NCBI GenBank assembly: GCA_965225945.1
Contig: CBDDBZ010000039.1
Coordinates: 512,001 to 576,000, forward strand
Length of the DNA: 64,000 nt
DNA from: Alphaproteobacteria bacterium
GTDB lineage: Bacteria > Pseudomonadota > Alphaproteobacteria > GCA-2731375
Direction: 5' to 3'
The notes under the pieces are model-generated. The model was not told where the DNA came from. It saw only the letters and a program-made list of their open reading frames with translations, and did no database searches. Both the position numbers and the translations under genes were made by a program. Positions 1 through 9,626 of the stretch are shown piece by piece. Position 1 is the stretch's first letter. Each line of letters opens with the position of its first letter.

Positions 1-1165
1 GCTCGAGCGCCGTCCAGGCCAGCGCCATCGCGTGGCCCTCGATCGCGATTCGCCTCCCGGCTTCGAAGAGGTCCGAGAGGACCGGCCCGTGCCGGCTCTC
101 GCGAATCCGGATCGCCACGTCCTCGCCGCCGCGCACCTTGATGGTCTCGTGCCGGATCTCGAAGCGGCGGGGGCCGCTCGGCGTCAGATATCGCTCCGGA
201 TCCCCCGGCGACGATTTTTCGAGATAGAGGTCTTGGAGGTCGCTGCCGGTGTTGGTCATCGCCCAGGCGATCCGGCGGTTGCGGCCCAGCACCACGGTCG
301 GCAGACCCGGGATCGTCGCCCCGACGACGTCGTGATCGGGCCAACTCAAGTGTGCCAGATACCACAGCGATGGCGCCTGCAGGGCGAGATGGGGATCGTT
401 GGCGAGCAGCGGCTTGCCGGTTCTCGTGCGCCCGCCCGCGATCGCCCAGGCATTGGAGCCGATACCCGGCGGCGTCGCCAGGCTGGGGAGTGGCCCCTCC
501 GACGCCCGAGCGAAGGCGGCGCCTCGGGGTTCCCGGTCCGTGTAGGGCGGCAAGAAATCCGCCGTCTGTTCGGGCGTCAGGCGGCGCGAGAGGGCGAGCC
601 GCGCCAGTTCCGAGCGCCAGTTTCCGTCGAGGTCGAGCGCCATCAGCTTCGGCCACAACAGGGGGTCGGCGGCGGTCCACGGTTCCGGCGCGTGACGCAG
701 GATGGTGAATTCGGGCGGCAGGGCGTCGCCACCATCCAGGAAAGCGTTGATCCCGGCGACATAGGACTCGATCAGGCGGCGGGTGGCGGCATCGAGGAAA
801 CGGAGGTTGGCGGCCGCGACGCGGCCGAGGCCGAGGGTTCGCATGACGCGATCGCTTGCAAGCACGTCGGCGCCCAGGATTTCCGCCAACCGTCCGGCAC
901 CGAGCCGGCGGGCGAACTCCATCTGCCAGAGCCGATCCTGGGCATGCGCGAAGCCGAGACCGAAATGCGCATCGGCGCGGGTCGCGGCCAGGATATGCGG
1001 CACGCCGTTCGCGTCTCTGACGATCTCCACGCGAGCGGAGATTCCGTCCACGACACGGCGGCCCTCGCTCGACGGCAGGCTCCGGGCGAGCCACAGGACG
1101 CCGGCGCCAAACGCCAGCATGGCGAGCAAGACCGAGACCAGGGCGAGGCGGGGAAGCGTCTTCAT
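1..1165 (-). CDS. Penicillin acylase family (Ntn-hydrolase) protein, runs off the left window edge
   Basis: Manual translation from ATG at 1165: MKTLPRLALVSVLLAMLAFGAGVLWLARSLP...VEIVRDANGVPHI...GFAHAQDRLWQME..., with the beta-chain start motif GSNAW near 445-460. Not in the ORF track because no stop lies inside the window. Confidence 0.88.
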   Translation of the reverse strand, partial: MKTLPRLALVSVLLAMLAFGAGVLWLARSLPSSEGRRVVDGISARVEIVRDANGVPHILAATRADAHFGLGFAHAQDRLWQMEFARRLGAGRLAEILGADVLASDRVMRTLGLGRVAAANLRFLDAATRRLIESYVAGINAFLDGGDALPPEFTILRHAPEPWTAADPLLWPKLMALDLDGNWRSELARLALSRRLTPEQTADFLPPYTDREPRGAAFARASEGPLPSLATPPGIGSNAWAIAGGRTRTGKPLLANDPHLALQAPSLWYLAHLSWPDHDVVGATIPGLPTVVLGRNRRIAWAMTNTGSDLQDLYLEKSSPGDPERYLTPSGPRRFEIRHETIKVRGGEDVAIRIRESRHGPVLSDLFEAGRRIAIEGHAMALAWTALE

Positions 1166-1317
1166 CGGCCGGTTCCGCCGACGGCGGGCTTGCCGTCGGC
1201 GGCAATGATCGGTTTCGCGACGGCCGCTGTCCAATCCCACCTTTCGACGGAGGGATGCGGGTGATACAACGGCCCCTGGTGGGCGGGGCTGGCGACGCGC
1301 GAGGGAGGACGGCGAAG

Positions 1318-2202
1318 ATGGGCGAGAAGGTGGCGTTTATTGGTCTCGGCACCATGGGCTATCCGATGGCGGGCCATCTCGCGGCCGCCGGTCACGAGGT
1401 CAAGGTCTACAACCGCACCCCGAGCAAGGCCGAGGCCTGGGTCGCGCAACACGGCGGCGGCCACGCGGCGAGCCCGCGCGAGGCGGCGGCCGGTGCCCGG
1501 GTCGTCTTCGCCTGTGTCGGCGCCGACCACGATCTGCGCCAGATCGCCCATGGCGAGGATGGTCTGCTCGCCGGGCTGGAGGCGGGCGCGATCTTCTGCG
1601 ATCACACCACCGCGTCGGCCGACGTCGCCCGCGAGCTTTACGATGCCGCGAAGGCGGGTGGCTTCGGCTGCCTCGACGCGCCGGTTTCCGGCGGCCAGGC
1701 AGGGGCCGAGAACGGCGTGTTGACGGTCATGGTCGGTGGCGACCGGGCCGACTTCGAGGTCGCCGAACCGATCATCGATTGCTATGCCCGGGAGTGCCAG
1801 TTGATGGGCCCGCCCGGCGCCGGGCAGCTCACCAAGATGGTCAACCAGATCTGCATTTCGGGCCTGGTGGAGGCGCTCTCCGAAGCGCTCAACTTCGCCG
1901 TCATGGCCGGACTCGACGGCCATCAGGTGGTCGACGTGATCTCCAAGGGCGCGGCCCAATCGTGGCAGATGGAGAACCGCCACAAGACCATGCTCGCCGG
2001 CGAATATGAACACGGCTTCGCGGTGCAGTGGATGCGCAAGGATCTCGACATCTGCTTCGATCAGGCCAAGAAGATGGGAATTTCGCTTCCCCTGGCCGGG
2101 CTGGTCGACCAGCTCTATGGCGAGGTCGAGGCCATGGGCGGCACCCGGTGGGACACCTCCGGGCTGATGGCCAGACTGGTGGCGGCACGGCCGAAATCTT
2201 GA
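1318..2202 (+). CDS. NAD(P)-dependent oxidoreductase, 3-hydroxyisobutyrate dehydrogenase family
   Basis: AFIGLGTMGYPMAGHL Rossmann motif, DAPVSGGQAGA, GQLTKMVNQ; GGAGG upstream of ATG 1318. Confidence 0.9.
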   Translation: MGEKVAFIGLGTMGYPMAGHLAAAGHEVKVYNRTPSKAEAWVAQHGGGHAASPREAAAGARVVFACVGADHDLRQIAHGEDGLLAGLEAGAIFCDHTTASADVARELYDAAKAGGFGCLDAPVSGGQAGAENGVLTVMVGGDRADFEVAEPIIDCYARECQLMGPPGAGQLTKMVNQICISGLVEALSEALNFAVMAGLDGHQVVDVISKGAAQSWQMENRHKTMLAGEYEHGFAVQWMRKDLDICFDQAKKMGISLPLAGLVDQLYGEVEAMGGTRWDTSGLMARLVAARPKS

Positions 2203-2400
2203 TCTGGAGCGTTCGAGATCGTTCGAGTCCGCCCGTCGGCCGGTTCTTAATTGATCCGCCTGGCTGCGCCCGAGGGCGATGACGATACGATCGGCCCGCC
2301 CTTCGATATCCGTGGACATGGTTGCGACGAGCGCCGAGACGCCGCCGCGAATTTCACCCGGTTGGCCCACGGTGTCTGGTGGCGATGTCGCGAGGAAAAA

Positions 2401-2477
2401 TGGCGCGCTCGGAGGGATTCGAACCCCCGACCCCCAGATTCGTAGTCTGGTGCTCTATCCAGCTGAGCTACGAGCGC
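2401..2477 (-). tRNA. tRNA-Arg(ACG)
   Basis: Reverse complement GCGCTCGTAGCTCAGCTGGATAGAGCACCAGACTACGAATCTGGGGGTCGGGGGTTCGAATCCCTCCGAGCGCGCCA: 77 nt, anticodon ACG, GTTCGAA T-loop, encoded CCA. Confidence 0.97.
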
Positions 2478-2728
2478 GTCGGCGAAGGGCACCCGAGGAA
2501 ATCCGTCCCTCGGCGCCTTCGGTCTCGGCCGCCGCGCCACGGCGCGACGGCGACGGCGACGGCCCGGGATAGCCGAACTCGCCGCCGATGGCAAGATCGG
2601 CGCGCCGCGCCCGGCCGGCGGGGATTTGCCTCCACGGTTATGATGGATCGGGCGCCGTGCGACAATCGAAGGGCCGGCCCGGGCCGCGCGAGGGCCGCGC
2701 GAGGGCCCCTGGGGGGGGGGGAGACGAC

Positions 2729-3058
2729 ATGAGCGCCAAGACCACCGTGTGGCGTTTGACCCTGGAGGCGCCGGCCAACGGCATTCTGTTCGATGCCGCG
2801 GGCGGGCCCCTCGACCTCGTCGGCGAGGGCCTGCCGGGCGACCTGATCCGCCAGATCGAGACCCTGCAAGCCGATTCCCGCGCCTTCTGGCGCGGCGCCG
2901 TCCAGATCATGGCCAAAACGCCCCAACGCGAGGTGGTGGAGATCCTGGAGAGCGCCGGAGCCGACGCCGTGCTGGAGGCGGCCGAGGCCTTGATCGTCGC
3001 CCTCGGCCTCGCCCGGCCCGAGGTCCAGCTCGACATCGACATCTACCTCGTGCCCTGA
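2729..3058 (+). CDS. Hypothetical protein (109 aa)
   Basis: MSAKTTVWRLTLEAP...; host-like GC3 codon usage; G-tract in the SD position. Confidence 0.65.
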   Translation: MSAKTTVWRLTLEAPANGILFDAAGGPLDLVGEGLPGDLIRQIETLQADSRAFWRGAVQIMAKTPQREVVEILESAGADAVLEAAEALIVALGLARPEVQLDIDIYLVP

Positions 3059-3117
3059 AGGCCGACCGGCGGGCTGATAGGGTGCAATCGGGCGAGACAG
3101 GTTAGGGAGGAAGCACC

Positions 3118-4386
3118 ATGCGTTTCGGCGTGTTTTACGAGTTGCAGCTACCGCGACCCTGGAACGAGGGCGACGAGCATCGCCTGTTCAAGGAGGCGCT
3201 GGAGCAGGTGGTACTGGCCGACCGGCTCGGGTTTGATTTCGCCTGGCAGGTGGAGCACCATTTCCTGGACGAATACTCCCACTCCTCGGCGCCGGAGGTC
3301 TTCCTGGCGGCGGCGGCGGGGCGCACCCGCGACATCCGGCTCGGCCACGGCATCCGCCAGGTGATCCCGGCTTATAACCATCCGGCGCGGACGGCCGAGG
3401 GCCTGGCGACGCTCGACCTGCTGTCGGACGGGCGGGTCGAATTCGGCATCGGCGAGGGGGCGACCCGGCTCGAGCTCGGGGCCTTCGCCATCGCCGCCAA
3501 GCGCAAGCGCGCCCTGGCGCTGGAGGCGGCGGAGCAGATCTGCAACATGATGGTGCTGACGCCCTATCCCGGTTTCGAGGGCGAGGGCTTCACCATGCCG
3601 TGTCGCAATATCTTGCCCAAGCCCTATCAGAAACCGCATCCGCCGCTCTGGATGGCCTGCACCAACCGCGACACCATCAAGATCGCGGCCCGAAACGGCG
3701 TCGGCGCGCTCGCCTTCTCCTTCCTCGACCCCGAGGAGGCGCGGACCTGGTCGAAAATCTATTACGACATCATCGAAAGCGAGGACTGCGTGCCGCTCGG
3801 CTGGTCGGTCAACGCCAACATCGCCATGGTCTCCGCCTTCTCGATGCACGAGGACCGGGCCGAGGCGATCCGCCGGGGTCAGGACCATTTCGAGTTCTTC
3901 CGCTATTCGCAGCAGAGGCTGGTGGCCGAGGATTTCGTGCCCGGCCACTCCAACATGTGGGAGGATTTCGTGGAAAAGAGGGGCGATGCCTCGGACGCCC
4001 TGATCCAGGCGGCGCTGGCGCGTTCCGAATACGACGGCGCCGGTATCGGCACGCCGGGCGACATGGCCCGCCATCTCGCCGCCATGCGGGAGGCGGGCAT
4101 CGATCAGGTCGTCTTCCTGCAGCAGGCCGGCCGCAACACCCACCGCAACATTTGCGCTTCGCTCGAGCTCTTCGCGGCCACGGTGATGGCGGATTTCCAC
4201 CGCGACGCCGCAGCACGCGAGGCGGCGAAGGCCGAGCGGTTGGCGCCCGCCATCGCGGCGGCGCTGGCCCGAAAGCGCTATATGGCGCCGCTCGACAAGG
4301 CGGCCACGCCGGTGGTGAAGGCGGCGGTAAAGGCGGCCACCTTCGATGCCCTGAAACAGCGCCAGGCGGCGAGCGGCGAGGATTGA
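3118..4386 (+). CDS. LLM-class (luciferase-like) flavin-dependent monooxygenase
   Basis: MRFGVFYELQLPRPW, VEHHFLDEYSHSSAPE, LDLLSDGRVEFGIG, PKPYQKPHPPLW. Confidence 0.9.
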   Translation: MRFGVFYELQLPRPWNEGDEHRLFKEALEQVVLADRLGFDFAWQVEHHFLDEYSHSSAPEVFLAAAAGRTRDIRLGHGIRQVIPAYNHPARTAEGLATLDLLSDGRVEFGIGEGATRLELGAFAIAAKRKRALALEAAEQICNMMVLTPYPGFEGEGFTMPCRNILPKPYQKPHPPLWMACTNRDTIKIAARNGVGALAFSFLDPEEARTWSKIYYDIIESEDCVPLGWSVNANIAMVSAFSMHEDRAEAIRRGQDHFEFFRYSQQRLVAEDFVPGHSNMWEDFVEKRGDASDALIQAALARSEYDGAGIGTPGDMARHLAAMREAGIDQVVFLQQAGRNTHRNICASLELFAATVMADFHRDAAAREAAKAERLAPAIAAALARKRYMAPLDKAATPVVKAAVKAATFDALKQRQAASGED

Positions 4387-4413
4387 GGTGGTCCGCGACC
4401 GGATCCGACGCCC

Positions 4414-4803
4414 TCAGCCCTTGGCGGCGGTCGCCTCGATCTCGACCAGCATGTCGGGCGAGGCCAGGCCGTCGATGAGCAGCAAGGTCGAGGCCGGCCG
4501 GGTGTCGTCGCCGATCACCCGCTTGCGGGCCGCCCGGTAGCCCTCGATATGGCGGGGATCGGTCAGGAACACGGTGAACTTGACCAGGTCGCTTTTGCGC
4601 ATGCCGGCCGCGCGCAGGCAGGCCAGCACGTTACGAAACGCCTGTTCCGACTGCTTGCGGATACCGTCGGCGAGCTTGCCCTTGGCATCGATGCCGACCT
4701 GGCCCGAGATCACCAGCCATTCGGCGCCCGCCGCAACCTTGACGGCGTGGCTGTAGACGCCGATCGGCGGATGCGAGGCCTTGGGATTGACGAATTCGTT
4801 CAT
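4414..4803 (-). CDS. RidA/YjgF family protein
   Basis: YSHAV, ISGQVG, PASTLL, LVEIEATA; GGAGG before ATG 4803. Confidence 0.9.
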   Translation of the reverse strand: MNEFVNPKASHPPIGVYSHAVKVAAGAEWLVISGQVGIDAKGKLADGIRKQSEQAFRNVLACLRAAGMRKSDLVKFTVFLTDPRHIEGYRAARKRVIGDDTRPASTLLLIDGLASPDMLVEIEATAAKG

Positions 4804-4907
4804 CTTGCTTTCCTCCCTGGCGCCGGGTGCTGTCCGGCATATGGGATGATGGCGGATCGGACGGGTGCCGCCAAGCGAGGCGTGGCGCAAGACGGGGGAC
4901 CGCGGCC

Positions 4908-6146
4908 ATGACACTCGATCTGATCCTGCGCGAGGCCCGGCTTGCCGGCATGGCGGGCGAGACCCCGGATGTCGATATCGCGGTCCAGGACGGCCGCATC
5001 GCGGCCATCCAGCCCGGCCTCGTCGCCGAGGCGACGGCGGAGCTCGCCCTCGACGGCCGGCTGGTCTCGCCCGGCCTGATCGAGAGCCACATCCATCTCG
5101 ACAAGTCTCGCATTCTCGATCGCTGCGCGCCGGCGCCGGATCGCGGCACCGATCACATGGCGCGCGTGGCGGCGGTCAAGCCCGGCTTCACGCTCGAGGA
5201 TGTCCACGCCCGCGCCGGCCGGACGCTGGAAGACTGCATCTCCCACGGCACCACCCACATGCGCACGCACGTCGAGGTCGACGCCAATGTGGGTCTCCTG
5301 GGCTTCGAGGCGATCCGCCGCCTCGCCGACGATTACGCCTGGGCGATCGACCTGGAAATCTGTGTCTTCGTGCAGGAGGGCTGGACCAACGCGCCCGAGG
5401 CCGATGCCAACGTGGTCGCCGCACTTCGCCAGGGAACGCCGGTGGTCGGCGGTGCCCCCGGCTACGATCCCGATTCCGCCGGCCAGATCAGCCGGATCTT
5501 CGAACTCGCGCAGGAATTCGACGTCGATGTCGACATCCATCTCGACGTCGGCTGGAGCACCGACGACATGGATATCGAGCAGGTGTGCCGCTTGACGGAC
5601 GACTTCGGCTGGGGCGGCCGGGTCGCGATCGGCCACGGCAGCAAATATTCCTGCCTGCCGCCGGCGGAGTTCGCCCGGCTAGGACGTCGGCTGGCCGACG
5701 TCGGGATCACGCTGGTAGTGCTGCCGGCGACCGACCTCTTCACCATGGGCCGCCATCAGAGCCATTCGGTCATGCGGGGCGTGGCGGACGCCAATGTCTT
5801 GCTGGGCCAAGGCGCCAACTGTTGCCTCTCGACCAACAACGTGCTGAACCCCTTCACGCCGTTCGGCGACGGCTCGCTCATCCGCATGGCCAACCTCTAC
5901 GCCAACACGGTCCAGCGTGGCTCCGACGCCGAGCTGGCGCAATGCTTCGAGATGCTGACTGCGCGCCCGGCCCGGCTGCTGGGACGCGAGGACCACGCGC
6001 TGGCCGTCGGCAACCCGGCCGACCTGGTGGTCTTCGAGGCGGCCTCGCCCGAGGCGGCGATCCGGACCGTGGCGCCGGCGATCATGGGCTTCAAGCGCGG
6101 CCGGCGGAGCTTCACCCGACCGGCCGTGAGCCTGCACCGGCCCTGA
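4908..6146 (+). CDS. Cytosine/creatinine deaminase-like amidohydrolase
   Basis: ESHIHLDK metal motif, GTTHMRTHVEVD, DIHLD, NPFTPFGDGS, GNPADLVV. Confidence 0.88.
   Translation: MTLDLILREARLAGMAGETPDVDIAVQDGRIAAIQPGLVAEATAELALDGRLVSPGLIESHIHLDKSRILDRCAPAPDRGTDHMARVAAVKPGFTLEDVHARAGRTLEDCISHGTTHMRTHVEVDANVGLLGFEAIRRLADDYAWAIDLEICVFVQEGWTNAPEADANVVAALRQGTPVVGGAPGYDPDSAGQISRIFELAQEFDVDVDIHLDVGWSTDDMDIEQVCRLTDDFGWGGRVAIGHGSKYSCLPPAEFARLGRRLADVGITLVVLPATDLFTMGRHQSHSVMRGVADANVLLGQGANCCLSTNNVLNPFTPFGDGSLIRMANLYANTVQRGSDAELAQCFEMLTARPARLLGREDHALAVGNPADLVVFEAASPEAAIRTVAPAIMGFKRGRRSFTRPAVSLHRP
6041..6146 (+). repeat. 106-bp direct repeat, copy 1 (3' end of the deaminase gene)
   Basis: Matches 7447-7552 at 103/106 nt, including the TGA stop. 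Confidence 0.95.
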
Positions 6147-6208
6147 CGCATCGGCCGATTTATTGACTTTCCAGACCCGACAAGACATAGACCAGCCGAC
6201 CATCTGCC

Positions 6209-6247
6209 CCCCACCCGACACGCCTCCGGGCCTCGGGTGGGGTTTTG
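6209..6247 (+). terminator. Rho-independent terminator-like hairpin
   Basis: CCCCACCCGA...TCGGGTGGGG stem followed by TTTTG. Confidence 0.6.
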
Positions 6248-6413
6248 CTTTCCAGGGGAGGGCCATGCCGCCTGAACCGGATACCAAGCGCGCCGTCGCC
6301 TTTAACGACGGCCAGAACTTTTACTAGAGGGCCAAGGAGGCATTCGGGTAGCGCTACCCGAACCACGACGTCGGGGATCGGCCGGATGCGCCGGCGAGCG
6401 GATAAACCCTTCA

Positions 6414-6953
6414 ATGGCCAGCGCCAGACAGACGCAGGAAAGATATCGCCAGGTGAGATCCCTTGCGTACCAGGCAACGGCGCGCGTGCTGAGACAGGGG
6501 CTCGCTCCCCAGGCCCGGCTGACCGAGATCGGACTCTCCGCCCTTCAGATATATCGGGAGACCTGGCCGGACGCCTATGGCCTACGCGGCCATGAGGTCC
6601 AATTCGACTGGGATAGTCTCTTCCGCCACTACCGCCGCAAATACAGCCGCTTCGAAGCTGCCCTTTGGGACGATGACGCTCTTTGTGGTCTCTGCTACGG
6701 CATGCCCAGTCAAGGTCCCCAACACCTAACCTTGCAATTCATGGAAGCCTACGAGGGCGAACATTCGCTGAAAGGTTTGGTAATCGATATCATGCATGAA
6801 GCAGCAAATGCCTACGCCTTCGCCCTTGGAAAACAAGAGCTTAGGATCGAAGACCCAGTCGAGGCCGCAATCCCGCTATGCCTGCGGCGGGGTTTCGAGC
6901 TTGCATCCGAGACCCGAGGGCGCACATATTACAGCAGAAAGGTGGTCCCATGA
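6414..6953 (+). CDS. Hypothetical protein, possible GNAT-fold acetyltransferase
   Basis: 179-aa ORF with lower GC. ALWDDDALCGLCYG...LTLQFMEA...SLKGLV...GKQELRIEDPVEAAIPLCLRRGF resembles GNAT strand/helix order. Confidence 0.55.
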   Translation: MASARQTQERYRQVRSLAYQATARVLRQGLAPQARLTEIGLSALQIYRETWPDAYGLRGHEVQFDWDSLFRHYRRKYSRFEAALWDDDALCGLCYGMPSQGPQHLTLQFMEAYEGEHSLKGLVIDIMHEAANAYAFALGKQELRIEDPVEAAIPLCLRRGFELASETRGRTYYSRKVVP

Positions 6954-7174
6954 GCCGTTTGGCACGGTCTGTCGGCTTTCAGCAGTCTGCCCCGAAGCGG
7001 GTCAAGGCGCGCCTGCGCGACCCCTTTGTCGCGCAAGCTGCCGCCCGCCTGCGCCGATACAAAGGCTGGCTGCGCCGCCTGTCCGACGAAGAACTGGCCG
7101 AAGCCGCCGAGTATGAAGGCGGCGTCATGGTCGGTCGCGCGGAAGCCTTCCGGAAAACCACCAAAGACGAGTGA
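6950..7174 (+). CDS. Small hypothetical protein (74 aa) translationally coupled to the upstream gene
   Basis: ATGA overlap at 6950-6953; MSRLARSVGF...TTKDE. Confidence 0.6.
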   Translation: MSRLARSVGFQQSAPKRVKARLRDPFVAQAAARLRRYKGWLRRLSDEELAEAAEYEGGVMVGRAEAFRKTTKDE

Positions 7175-7380
7175 TCTAGCCAAAGTTCACGTGAGAACCG
7201 AAAGACGAGTGCGTTTCCTGGTCATCCGGCATTAAGACCCTGCCTGCAGGGCAGGCCGGTCACTCCGGCGATGACGAGCCACCGAGCGGCCTCAATGCTG
7301 TCAATCTGTCCGAGAGCCCCGGCCCCAGAGGTCGGGGTTCTGCGTTTCGCCTACCGCTTTCTACTGTTACGCTTGCGGCC

Positions 7381-7457
7381 ATGAGAACACTCGCGGTCAT
7401 CCTGTTCGTTCTCACCCTCCCCGTCTCGACCCTCGCCGACGTGACGGGCCTCGCCCG
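7381..7457 (+). pseudogene. 5' fragment of an exported protein, probably thermonuclease (SNase) family
   Basis: MRTLAVILFVLTLPVSTLA-DVTGLAR: signal peptide plus the start typical of SNase proteins (..G.ARVIDGDT), cut where repeat copy 2 begins. Confidence 0.45.
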
Positions 7458-7552
7458 AGGCGGCGATCCGGAGCGTGGCGCCGGCGATCATGGGCTTCAA
7501 GCGCGGCCGGCGGAGCTTCACCCGGCCGGCCGTGACCCTGCACCGGCCCTGA
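7447..7552 (+). repeat. 106-bp direct repeat, copy 2 (orphan deaminase 3' end)
   Basis: Matches 6041-6146 with 3 substitutions. Confidence 0.95.
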
Positions 7553-7607
7553 TTGCCCGCCGCCCGGACGGCGGGTAGCATCGCCGCGCATCGGAGGAGG
7601 GGAAACC

Positions 7608-9626
7608 ATGCTCTGGGTCGGAGTCGATATCGGCGGCACCTTCACCGACGTCGTCGCCCATGACGCGGGAAACGGCCGGGTGCTGGTGGGCAAGAGCCCC
7701 TCGATCCCCGACGATCCGGCAAGCGCCGTGATGAACGCGCTTTCTGCCCTCGAGCTCGATCTCGGCGCCGTCGCCCGCTTCCGCCACGGCGCCACCATCG
7801 CCACCAACACGGTGCTGGAGCGCAACGGCGCCAAGCTCGGCGTGATCACCACCCGGGGGTTCCGCGACGTGCTGATCGTCGGCCGGGGCCACCGGAGCGA
7901 TCTCTACGACATCAAGGCGACACGACCGGAAGGTCTGGTCAAGCGCTCGGCGGTGATCGAGGTCGACGAGCGGCTGGGCCCGGGCGGCGAGGTGTTGCTC
8001 CCGCTCGACGAGGCAGGCGTCGCGGCGGCGGCGCGAATGTTGGGGAAAAGGGGGGTGGATGCGGTGGCGATCTGCTTCCTGCATTCCTACGCCAATCCGG
8101 CGCCCGAGGCCCGCGCGGCGGAAATCGTCGCTTCCGTGCTGCCCGGAACCGCGATCTCGCGATCCTCCGAGGTGCTGGCGGAACATCGCGAATACGAGCG
8201 TTTCGCCACCACCGCGCTCAATGCCTATGTGGCGCCTGCGATGTCGCGCTATCTGAGGGAGTTGGAGGATCGGCTGGGCCGGGCCGGGCTCCGGGCGGCG
8301 CCGGAAATCATGACCTCCAGCGGCGGTTCCTGGCCGTTCCGGCGGATGGCGCGCCTTCCGGTCAACTCCATGCTCTCCGGCCCCGCCGGCGGCGTGATCG
8401 GTGCGGTGGCGTTGGCCGCCGAATTGGGCGAGGCCGATCTCGTCAGCTACGACATGGGCGGCACCAGCACCGACGTCTGCCTGATCCGCGAGGGGCGCTA
8501 TGGGCTGCAAAGCGAGGGCGAGATTGCCGGCCTGCCGAACCGCGCGGCGCAGATCGAGATCAACTCGGTCGGCGCCGGCGGCGGCTCGATCGCCTATCTC
8601 GATACCGGCGGGTTCCTGAACGTCGGGCCGCGCTCGGCCGGCGCGGTGCCGGGACCGGCCTGCTACGGCCGGGGCGGCGAGGAGCCGACGGTGACCGATG
8701 CCAACGTGGTGCTGGGCCGCTTCCGCCCGAGCGCCCCGCTGGGCGGCGAGATCGAGATCTCGCACCAAGCTGCGGCGCGCGCCATCGAGGGGCTCGCCCG
8801 CCGGCTCGGCCTCGATTCCCCAACCACGGCCGAGGGCATCGTGCGCATCGCGGTGACGCGGATGACCGGGGCGATCAAGGAGATCTCGGTGATGCGCGGC
8901 CTCGATCCGCGCTCCTTCACGCTCTTCGCCTTCGGTGGCGCCGGGCCCTTGCACGCAGGCCTGATCGCCGAGGAACTGGGCATGGCTCGGGTCGTCGTGC
9001 CGCCGCTTTCCGGCGCCTTCTCCGCCCACGGCCTGCTGGTCGCCGACAGCCGGCGCGATCTTTCGCACACCCGGATCATGGCGCTGGAGGCCGTGGATCT
9101 GGCCACCGTCCGGGCGATGCTGGCGCCCATGCGCGAGGCGGCCCGGGCCGAACTGGCGGCGGACGGCTTCGCGCCCGAGGAGATGCGCTTCGAGGAATTC
9201 GTCGATCTCCGCTACGTTGGCCAAGCCTACGAACTGACCACGCCGCTGGATCCGGGAATGGCGCGGATCGAGGAGCTGATCGAGGCCTTTCACCGGGTCT
9301 ACGAGCAGCGCTACGCCCATCGGGACGCGGGCCCGGTGGAGGCGGTCTCGTTCCGGCTGTCGGCCCATGGCTTGACCGAGAAGCCGCCCGCGCCTGGACT
9401 CGAAGGCGGTGGCGGGACGGCGCGGCTCGGCGAGCGGAGCGTGCGCTTCGGCGACGAGGCCTTGGAAACGCCGGTCTGGCGCCGCGAAGCGCTGGTCGCC
9501 GGCACGCGGCTCGACGGCCCGGCGGTGATCGAGGAGGCGGGCGCGACGACCCTGGTGCCGCCAAATTTTCGCCTCGAGCGACACCGCGGCGGCGCCCTGA
9601 TCCTGACCCGGGAGGCGGGCCCGTGA
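7608..9626 (+). CDS. hyuA: Hydantoinase/oxoprolinase subunit A (N-methylhydantoinase A-like)
   Basis: GVDIGGTFTD, HGATIATN, SGPAGG, DMGGTSTDV, GAGGGSIA, GPRSAGAVPGPACY. Confidence 0.92.
   Translation: MLWVGVDIGGTFTDVVAHDAGNGRVLVGKSPSIPDDPASAVMNALSALELDLGAVARFRHGATIATNTVLERNGAKLGVITTRGFRDVLIVGRGHRSDLYDIKATRPEGLVKRSAVIEVDERLGPGGEVLLPLDEAGVAAAARMLGKRGVDAVAICFLHSYANPAPEARAAEIVASVLPGTAISRSSEVLAEHREYERFATTALNAYVAPAMSRYLRELEDRLGRAGLRAAPEIMTSSGGSWPFRRMARLPVNSMLSGPAGGVIGAVALAAELGEADLVSYDMGGTSTDVCLIREGRYGLQSEGEIAGLPNRAAQIEINSVGAGGGSIAYLDTGGFLNVGPRSAGAVPGPACYGRGGEEPTVTDANVVLGRFRPSAPLGGEIEISHQAAARAIEGLARRLGLDSPTTAEGIVRIAVTRMTGAIKEISVMRGLDPRSFTLFAFGGAGPLHAGLIAEELGMARVVVPPLSGAFSAHGLLVADSRRDLSHTRIMALEAVDLATVRAMLAPMREAARAELAADGFAPEEMRFEEFVDLRYVGQAYELTTPLDPGMARIEELIEAFHRVYEQRYAHRDAGPVEAVSFRLSAHGLTEKPPAPGLEGGGGTARLGERSVRFGDEALETPVWRREALVAGTRLDGPAVIEEAGATTLVPPNFRLERHRGGALILTREAGP

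Noticed and set aside
32-1264. Long ORFs antisense to real genes (e.g. 32-1264, 1162-2370, 7518-9584, 22692-24593, 46652-48478, 55143-57287)
   Set aside because: Shadow frames typical of high-GC DNA; the opposite strand carries recognisable protein families.
2401-2477. tRNA-Arg as an island integration site
   Set aside because: No integrase nearby, and I saw no duplicated tRNA 3' end in the window.
6164-6247. Possible small RNA between a TTGACT motif and the hairpin
   Set aside because: The -10 element is weak and the hairpin is adequately explained as the deaminase terminator.
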